From assembly GCF_000341395.1 (NCBI RefSeq), contig NC_020304.1, positions 3,000,001-3,032,000 of the forward strand: a stretch of DNA of 32,000 nucleotides, written 5' to 3'. This DNA is from Desulfocapsa sulfexigens DSM 10523 (GTDB lineage: Bacteria > Desulfobacterota > Desulfobulbia > Desulfobulbales > Desulfocapsaceae). Shown here in pieces: positions 1-6,203 of this stretch. Under the pieces are notes generated by a model that saw only the letters and a program-made list of their open reading frames with translations, was not told the DNA's origin and did no database searches. Numbering within the stretch: the first letter of the stretch is position 1; each line of letters opens with the position of its first letter. The translations under genes were made by a program, and so were the position numbers.

Positions 1-1454
1 ATAATGAGCGGATTGTCAAAATCAAAGCCAAAGAGACCGGGGTTTTCTCCAATCACTGCCGCTGAAAAAATGTAGAACACATAGTCATAGGTTTGTTCGG
101 GTATTTTATCACGATACTGTTTAAAAAACTGCCAGAAATTACGTTCTTTTGGATTATTCGGCATATCTCTCACAAGTTGAATAACGCGGTTTTCTCCCCA
201 GTTGTACGAGGCCATTACCAATAGCCCGGAGGCCTGAGCATCGGTATCGTAAATTTTTCGCAGGTACTTTGCTGCGGCCACGGTTGATTTGGCAAAATTA
301 TGCCGCTCGTCAAGGGGATCTACCTTTCGTTGCTTAAAAAGGGGACCTGTTTGCAGGCCATATCGAGAGCCGGTTTCAGGAATGAATTGCCACATACCTT
401 TGGCAATACCCCAGCGGGTTTTAGGGCCCAGGGCATTTACGTTAAAATTACTTTCCTGCAGAGCCAGATAAAAGAACTGTGGTGGGAGAAAATAATAGCG
501 CATGGTTCTGGCAATTGGAGAAGTGTAGCCATTGTTTTCTGCGCGTTCCAGGGCGTTAACAAGACGGCTGCTTGACTGCCACTTCTTGATGTAGCGTATG
601 ACTTCACTGGTAAAGTCAGCAGGAACAAATATTTCACATTCACCAAAAATTCTCGCAGTTTTTAGAATTGCCTCTTCCTGGGGACTGATATTTTTATAGA
701 TCCCGAGAGTGTCGACAAATTCGCTATAGCTGTTTTCCAACTCTCTTGCCTGCTGTTTATAATATTCTACCCTGGCAATGGTAGCAGTGTCATCACTGTC
801 TCGTGCTGTTTGAAGAACATCTGCAAACTCTACTTCCAGTCCTTTCATGGTATAGAAGATTTCAGCAGCGAGTTTTTTTTGTTTCTCAACCTGCAGATGC
901 ATGTAGATGGCAACTGAGCCAGCAATACAAAAAAGGCAGGTAACCAGGCCAATGATGATACCATACTTTCTTTTCTGTTTTTTCTGAACCTGGGCAAAGG
1001 CACGTCTAACCATTATGGTGTGCTCACCTGCGTCCCCGTCATCCTTATCACCGAAATAATGTTCCTGATAGTGGGACATGGATCGTGGAGTTCCAGGCTT
1101 TTTAGTTTCCTGGAAAGGCTGGTCAACCGACAGTGTAAGGAGTGGCCCGTTTCTTCCCAGTTCAATCCTGGTCAGTTTTTTAATGGCAATGCGATTAACC
1201 CGGTTACCGTCAACAAAAATACCATTGGCACTATTACAGTCTTGAATCCACCAGGTGTCTGCCAGAAAAATTACCTCGGCATGGTGGCGACTGACTACCG
1301 GATCGGTAATAGCTATATCACAGTCGGGATCACGACCGACACGAAAAGAGGAGGAAAATGCGCGTTCTGCAAACTGTCCGGCTGGCCATGTTGCTGAGAC
1401 TAAAACAGCTGGAGGTGACGAATTCTGCCCGTTATTTTCCAGCCTTTGAATCAT
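1..1454 (-). CDS. FHA domain - single TM helix - SLT-type (family 1) lytic transglycosylase fusion protein; C-terminus runs off the window start
   Basis: Absent from the ORF track because there is no in-window stop. Manual minus-strand translation from the ATG at 1454..1452 is open to position 3 (484 codons). N-terminus reads MIQRLENNGQ..SFRVGRDPDCDIAITDPVVSRHHAEVIF..SANGIFVDGNRVNRIAIKK..IELG, an FHA-like G-R..D..I....VSR.HA / NG..VNG pattern. A basic stretch plus TM follows (KKQKRKYGIIIGLVTCLFCIAGSVAIYM, residues ~164-185). SLT motifs are then present: YLALQESNFN (catalytic E-S), GIAKGMWQFIPETG (GLMQ-like) and MASYNWGENR (AYNxG). It starts 9 nt after the stop of the preceding DUF4150 gene, so it is likely co-transcribed. 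The plus-strand ORF 1020..1397 is its shadow. Confidence 0.8.
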   Translation of the reverse strand, partial: MIQRLENNGQNSSPPAVLVSATWPAGQFAERAFSSSFRVGRDPDCDIAITDPVVSRHHAEVIFLADTWWIQDCNSANGIFVDGNRVNRIAIKKLTRIELGRNGPLLTLSVDQPFQETKKPGTPRSMSHYQEHYFGDKDDGDAGEHTIMVRRAFAQVQKKQKRKYGIIIGLVTCLFCIAGSVAIYMHLQVEKQKKLAAEIFYTMKGLEVEFADVLQTARDSDDTATIARVEYYKQQARELENSYSEFVDTLGIYKNISPQEEAILKTARIFGECEIFVPADFTSEVIRYIKKWQSSSRLVNALERAENNGYTSPIARTMRYYFLPPQFFYLALQESNFNVNALGPKTRWGIAKGMWQFIPETGSRYGLQTGPLFKQRKVDPLDERHNFAKSTVAAAKYLRKIYDTDAQASGLLVMASYNWGENRVIQLVRDMPNNPKERNFWQFFKQYRDKIPEQTYDYVFYIFSAAVIGENPGLFGFDFDNPLI

Positions 1455-1463
1455 ATCAATTGA

Positions 1464-1871
1464 TTAGGGTGCTAACAAAAGGACTTTGGTTTGGCTGGGT
1501 ACTATCCTCATACCAGGAACATTTGTACCATTCTGCAGAGTTGGACTTGTCAGCCGTGTCGCTGGTTTTCCCTGGAAAAGCACGGTAAACGATCCTGCTA
1601 GATGCCGTGAAGGCCCCATGACTCTGCCAGAGGCTACTCCCATGGAGACACCTGCATTGTCACCATTGGTCATGGGGGTGACCGTTCCCATGTTATGAGC
1701 TGGCATTCCCATGATAAGAATTTTCGTACATGCGGTACCAGGATTTGCTGTGGGTCCCATTGCAATATTCGGATAAGGAATAGGTACAGGCGCAGGTGCT
1801 GGTGGAGCAGGGGTTAAACAAACGTCAGGAAAAGCAAAATCCTGACCCATCATTTGTGAATTGGCAAACAT
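1464..1871 (-). CDS. PAAR-like DUF4150 spike-tip protein (TagD-like); domain only, no C-terminal toxin extension
   Basis: 135 aa. The N-terminus MFANSQMMGQDFAFPDVCLTPAPPAPAPVPIPYPNIA matches the DUF4150 hallmark (..PDVC.TP....P.PYPN.A). The remainder is Gly/Thr/Met-rich. Its position is the end of a vgrG-DUF2169-PRP-DUF3540 module. Confidence 0.85.
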   Translation of the reverse strand: MFANSQMMGQDFAFPDVCLTPAPPAPAPVPIPYPNIAMGPTANPGTACTKILIMGMPAHNMGTVTPMTNGDNAGVSMGVASGRVMGPSRHLAGSFTVLFQGKPATRLTSPTLQNGTNVPGMRIVPSQTKVLLLAP

Positions 1872-1883
1872 TATTATCCTCCT

Positions 1884-2534
1884 CTAACCCATATGGATCA
1901 TTTTCCCATCAATCTTTATATTTTCTTTTGCAGTAACAACAGAATATTTGCCACGTAAGGACATCAGTCTTTCTGCATTGTAATCGATCTTACCAGCCTT
2001 AAGCTGATCAATATCTTCCACCTCACGGTAAGATCTTTTAACCTTTTGCCGCAAACAATCAAAAATTGATTCCATCTTTCCAGCCATCAATTTAACCAGG
2101 GCAACTTTACCCTCAAGGAAATTTCCAATATAGGATAAATGAGATATACTACACTCACTCTGCTCAGCCACTACCTGAAGATTTGTAGAGACAATGCGAA
2201 TCTGTGATGGACTGGTTACATTCACCCCCTGCTTACCTGCCAATTGCAGATTTCCATTTGGAGATAGCAGCTCAGTGTCGCCGTCAAAGAGAAGACGATT
2301 TCTGGTACTTTTTGTTCTCTCAAGTACAGATAATATATAACACTCACCAGCAGATGAACTTACCACTAGAACTTTGTCTTCAACTTCAGGATACAGTAAG
2401 CAACCAGCCGCTTTTTGTGCCCGATATCGGGAATCACCAACAGCTACCCAAAAACACTCTCTTTCAATTTCTACAACAACACCCATTTCCTGGAACATAG
2501 TAGGATCTTGTTCCTGTCTCGCAAGGTTATCCAT
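1884..2534 (-). CDS. DUF3540-like protein (TagC-like), T6SS spike accessory
   Basis: The ORF track gives 1884..2582 (232 aa). I prefer the internal ATG at 2534 (MDNLARQEQ..) because it is preceded by AAAGGAAAAACAA (Shine-Dalgarno-like) and removes the 19-nt overlap with the upstream gene. The product call rests mainly on conserved synteny between a pentapeptide-repeat gene and a DUF4150 gene. I cannot verify the family from sequence memory. Confidence 0.6.
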   Translation of the reverse strand: MDNLARQEQDPTMFQEMGVVVEIERECFWVAVGDSRYRAQKAAGCLLYPEVEDKVLVVSSSAGECYILSVLERTKSTRNRLLFDGDTELLSPNGNLQLAGKQGVNVTSPSQIRIVSTNLQVVAEQSECSISHLSYIGNFLEGKVALVKLMAGKMESIFDCLRQKVKRSYREVEDIDQLKAGKIDYNAERLMSLRGKYSVVTAKENIKIDGKMIHMG

Positions 2535-2563
2535 TTGTTTTTCCTTTATATGTTGAAAGTATA

Positions 2564-3619
2564 CTATAAGGTTGGGCTCCATTGTTCAGCAGCTGCCAGT
2601 TCAGGATCTGTTCCTACAATCGTTCCTTTGTTAACACCAGTCCAGATGGCCTGATGTTGTAGAGTCTGGTGAAATTTTGTTCGAGTCACATCAGCTCTGC
2701 TCATGTCAGCGTCGCTAATGTCTGCGTGGGAAAAATCACAGTAAGTAAGGTTTGCACCAATAAACCGTGATGATCGACAAAGAGCATTGTTGAAAATAGC
2801 ACATTCAAGTTGTGTATTGCTCAGGTTGGCAAGCCGTAGATTTGCACCATCAAAGCAGCTTTGGATTAGCCGGGCATTTTGAAGGCTCGCCTGTTCCATC
2901 ATGGCGTTCATAAATATTGCATATTGTCCCTGGACATTGTCAAAACAGGTTTGACGCAGGGTGGCATCCATAAAGTTGGTTTGAGTGATGTTTGCTCCAG
3001 TCAGATTTGCCAGTGAAAGATCTGCCCCTTTGAGCATTGCCCTGGAGAAATCAATTTCCCGAAGATCTTTCCCGCTAAGATCAGAATTCATGAGAAAAGA
3101 TTGAATAAAGCGGGCACCTTTAAGTTCAGTGCGGGTCAGGTCGGCTCCCAAAAAAACTGTCTGTTCACAATTGGCCTTACTGAGACAAATTCCATCTGTC
3201 TCGCATTCTATAAGGGCAGCCTTGAAGAGGGTGCTGCTTTTAAAGTTGGCATCAACAAGAGAACATTGATAGAAAACAGTATCTGTGCAGTCAGAGTTTT
3301 GAAAGGACACTTCACTGGCCTGGGTTTCTGCAAATTTCGCATCTGTGAGGATGCAATTGTCAAAACACACCTTATCGGTCTTACATCTGTTGAAAATTGT
3401 TTCACATAGCACAGCGCCACTGCAATCTGCTCCAGAAAAATCAGATTCATTAAAGATAGATTCGGTGAAAATTGTACCTGACATATTCGCCCCGGCAAAA
3501 TTCACTTGTTCAAAAATCCCACCACCAAGTTCAAGTTTAGACAGGTCTTTACCGGAGAAGTCTCTCCCACTAATGACTTCTCCTTTTTTGATTTTTGCTA
3601 CCAGTTTTGAAGGTGTCAT
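2564..3619 (-). CDS. Pentapeptide-repeat protein (TagB-like)
   Basis: 351 aa. It is almost entirely tandem A(D/N)LXX-type pentapeptides, e.g. ANMSGTIFTESIFNESDFSGADCSGAVLCETIF.., ADLSLANLTGANITQTNFMDATL.., ANLRLANLSNTQLECAIFNNALCRSSRFIGANLTYCDFSHADISDADMSRADV. A short non-repeat tail ends the protein. Confidence 0.9.
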   Translation of the reverse strand: MTPSKLVAKIKKGEVISGRDFSGKDLSKLELGGGIFEQVNFAGANMSGTIFTESIFNESDFSGADCSGAVLCETIFNRCKTDKVCFDNCILTDAKFAETQASEVSFQNSDCTDTVFYQCSLVDANFKSSTLFKAALIECETDGICLSKANCEQTVFLGADLTRTELKGARFIQSFLMNSDLSGKDLREIDFSRAMLKGADLSLANLTGANITQTNFMDATLRQTCFDNVQGQYAIFMNAMMEQASLQNARLIQSCFDGANLRLANLSNTQLECAIFNNALCRSSRFIGANLTYCDFSHADISDADMSRADVTRTKFHQTLQHQAIWTGVNKGTIVGTDPELAAAEQWSPTL

Positions 3620-3629
3620 TTACTTGTGC

Positions 3630-6197
3630 TCATAGTATTGTCTGGCCAATATTGGCCTGTTCAATTCTAGCATTGCTGAAATCAGTGTGTAAAAGGTCAG
3701 CTGCAAAAAGATTGGATCCGCGAAGGTCAGTTCCTGTGAGATTAGCCATTTGTAAAGAACCTTCAAAAAGGTTGATTGAAACCATGTAGGCTCTGCTTAA
3801 ATCGGCATTCATAAATTGAGTTTGTTTGGCGATAGCTCGGTAGAACCTACTGTTTTCGAGTTTGGTTTCACTCAAATCGGCATTACTTAAATCAGCCTCG
3901 GTAAACATTGCTCCTGTGAAATCACCGCCACGAAGATTTGCATTAATAAGTTTACAGAAGGAAAAATCAGCATCTCTAAAGCTGATCTCCACGGAAGCAC
4001 TGACACCTGTTAGATCAGCCTGGTGGAATATTGCCCCATCCCCCTGGCATTGTACAATAGTTGTGTTGCATAAGCTGGCTTTGGAAAAATTGACCCTGTG
4101 CAGCTTAGTTTGAATAAAAAGCGCCTCACTGATATTACTTTCTGAAAAATCGGCACCCTCAAGTTTGCTTTCAATGAATTGTCCTTTGGAAATGTCTGCG
4201 CGGTTCAGGTTGGCATTCAATCCTTCACATTGCATAAAATCAGCCTCTTTAAGGCTTGCCCCGTGAAATTGCGCCCCTTCCATGTTGGCTTTAAAAAGAA
4301 CGGCATTGTCCATGGAGCAGTTGCTGAAGCTTGCACCTGTGAGATTTGCGTCACCAAGATTCACCGCATCCATTTTGGACATATCACACACAGCATGAGC
4401 CATATTGGCACGGGCCAGCATACAGTTTTTAAGATTGGCTCCCTTCAGTTGCGTATTGCTGAGGTCAGCACCTTCAAGGAAGCAATTTTCAAGATCAATG
4501 CCATCAAGATTCATACCCGAAAGATTGACACCGGTAAAATCCATTCCGTTCATTGGTTCATTTTTTGAAAAATATTTCAGAAGAGTGGCACGATTTTCCT
4601 CATTTTTCCTGTTTGAATATACTGTAGCAGGATTATGGTGGCCATATTGGCGGTAAAGATCATTGAATTGCTGCTCAGTCTGTTTCAGCTGGTTCTCCTT
4701 TTCTTTGGTGAGCCTGCCAAATTTGCGAAGATCTGCACTTATTTCATCAGAAGAAAACTGTATTCGTCCACCATTTTTTTTCTGGTCATCCTGTGCCAGT
4801 TTCTCATGATCCAATCCCATGGATTCAGACATTTCCCGACATTCTTTTTTCATCGCCTCTTGTTTATCCTGCATATCCTTGAGAGATTTTTCAACAAGAA
4901 GATCCAAATTGTCTAAATCGTCCAAACCACTGTTTTGAGCAGTAAGTGTTGTCTTGTGGTCAAAGGTGTTTCCGGTAGTGAAACCAAGATCATTAAATTC
5001 CTTTTTTGATCTTTCAGCCTCAAGTTTGATTTTTTCCTGCAGGTGTTTTTCAAAAAGACTTTGCTTCTTATCCTTTATTGTTTCATTGACAAGTTCCTGA
5101 AGCCCTGACACATCATCGTCAGGAATAAGATCGTTCTCCTTGAGCGCGTACAGGTGACCCTTTTCAGGATCAAGCCTTCTTTCCAGGGCAGCTAAATAAT
5201 GGTTTTTGCTTCTGGGTGTATCGGTCTCCCGCTCATAGGCCACAAGTATTTCGGAAATATCTCTGGCCTGGTTATCCGAGACATCATGGGAACCGCGGTG
5301 TATGAGTATCCCTTTTTCAAGATGGGGAAAGAGAAGAACCGTATCAAGGACCAGTGGGATTTCCGAAAACCTCAAACTGTCTTCAACACTTTGATTGACA
5401 AAACACCGCGGATGAATTCCCGGGAGTCTTGATTGAAGGGATGATCGTTCAGGGTGCATGTTTTCACAGCTGAATTCTTCATTACCAATTAAAAAACCCT
5501 CGAATTGCTGGTCCAATGGAGCTGCATTGAAAAACGTTGGATCAAAATCCTTTGCAAATCCTGGAAACAGTTCTTTGAGCCATTTCTGATCATAGGTTCC
5601 GGTTTTTGCGTATCGTTGGGGCCAGGTAAGTTCGTAGCCTTGAAATCCTGCGGGTTCAATCTGGTCAGTTGGAAGAAGAAGGGGCTGCCGTGGGTCAATG
5701 ATATTGGGTAAGGGATAGGAGGTTTTATCCAATTGATCCATAGAGGGAATATAGCCTTTACCCAGTGGGTTTTTGGCATACTCTGGACCTCCAAAAGAAT
5801 TCTGATAGCTAATTGGTAAAGAGAGTATTTCCTGTGGATCACTGATTTCCCAGCGGGTGTTGCGTTTTCTCCATTCACGATCACCGAAGATATTTAATTC
5901 TTTGTCCAAATTTCCCAGCTTGACTCTTACAGTACCAGCCTGAACACTTTTTCCAGTCGGTGAGTAAAATCCGCCATGGATCAAGACCTCGGCTCTTTTC
6001 TTTGGCATACCAAGATCGAATAAGGTTTCAGGACCAATCTCTTCCTGCAGCATTTTCCAGAGATCAATCTCATTTTCTATCTTACCTGATGGGTAAAAAG
6101 AAAAGAGAGATATTACGGTGGAAACGAATACCTGTTTTTTATTATTCTCATAAACCTTATAGAGTAAGCTCAGTTTGAGCGGCTTAATTACTTTCAT
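3630..6197 (-). CDS. DUF2169 domain + charged coiled-coil linker + C-terminal pentapeptide-repeat domain (TagAB-like fusion)
   Basis: 855 aa. Residues ~1-345 carry DUF2169-like motifs (FDLGMPKKRAEVLIHGGFYSPTGKSV..VRVKLGNLDKELNIFGDREW). Residues ~365-520 are K/E/Q-rich, e.g. KDKKQSLFEKHLQEKIKLEAERSKKE and KDMQDKQEAMKKECREM. Residues ~551-855 are continuous pentapeptide repeats (GMDFTGVNLSGMNLDGIDLENCFLEGADLSNTQLKGANLKNCMLARANMAHA..). It lies directly downstream of vgrG. Confidence 0.85.
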   Translation of the reverse strand: MKVIKPLKLSLLYKVYENNKKQVFVSTVISLFSFYPSGKIENEIDLWKMLQEEIGPETLFDLGMPKKRAEVLIHGGFYSPTGKSVQAGTVRVKLGNLDKELNIFGDREWRKRNTRWEISDPQEILSLPISYQNSFGGPEYAKNPLGKGYIPSMDQLDKTSYPLPNIIDPRQPLLLPTDQIEPAGFQGYELTWPQRYAKTGTYDQKWLKELFPGFAKDFDPTFFNAAPLDQQFEGFLIGNEEFSCENMHPERSSLQSRLPGIHPRCFVNQSVEDSLRFSEIPLVLDTVLLFPHLEKGILIHRGSHDVSDNQARDISEILVAYERETDTPRSKNHYLAALERRLDPEKGHLYALKENDLIPDDDVSGLQELVNETIKDKKQSLFEKHLQEKIKLEAERSKKEFNDLGFTTGNTFDHKTTLTAQNSGLDDLDNLDLLVEKSLKDMQDKQEAMKKECREMSESMGLDHEKLAQDDQKKNGGRIQFSSDEISADLRKFGRLTKEKENQLKQTEQQFNDLYRQYGHHNPATVYSNRKNEENRATLLKYFSKNEPMNGMDFTGVNLSGMNLDGIDLENCFLEGADLSNTQLKGANLKNCMLARANMAHAVCDMSKMDAVNLGDANLTGASFSNCSMDNAVLFKANMEGAQFHGASLKEADFMQCEGLNANLNRADISKGQFIESKLEGADFSESNISEALFIQTKLHRVNFSKASLCNTTIVQCQGDGAIFHQADLTGVSASVEISFRDADFSFCKLINANLRGGDFTGAMFTEADLSNADLSETKLENSRFYRAIAKQTQFMNADLSRAYMVSINLFEGSLQMANLTGTDLRGSNLFAADLLHTDFSNARIEQANIGQTIL

Positions 6198-6203
6198 GAG
6201 AAC

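Noticed and set aside
1020-1397. Plus-strand 125-aa ORF (and overlapping plus ORFs 1255..1449 and 1358..1588)
   Set aside because: These lie antisense to the much longer uninterrupted minus-strand FHA-TM-SLT frame, which has clear domain motifs. The plus-strand translations are Cys/Trp-rich nonsense with no motifs.
1884-2582. Long 232-aa version of the DUF3540-like ORF
   Set aside because: The start at 2582 overlaps the preceding gene by 19 nt and lacks an SD. The ATG at 2534 has an AAGGA-type SD. This remains uncertain, and either start is possible.
3101-4568. Several plus-strand ORFs (3101..3409, 3345..3635, 3862..4113, 4179..4568) and an apparent periodicity in the DNA
   Set aside because: The periodicity reflects the 15-nt pentapeptide repeat of the minus-strand genes. 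Repetitive coding sequence of this kind commonly leaves long open antisense frames. I could see no exact DNA tandem repeat or CRISPR-like repeat-spacer structure.
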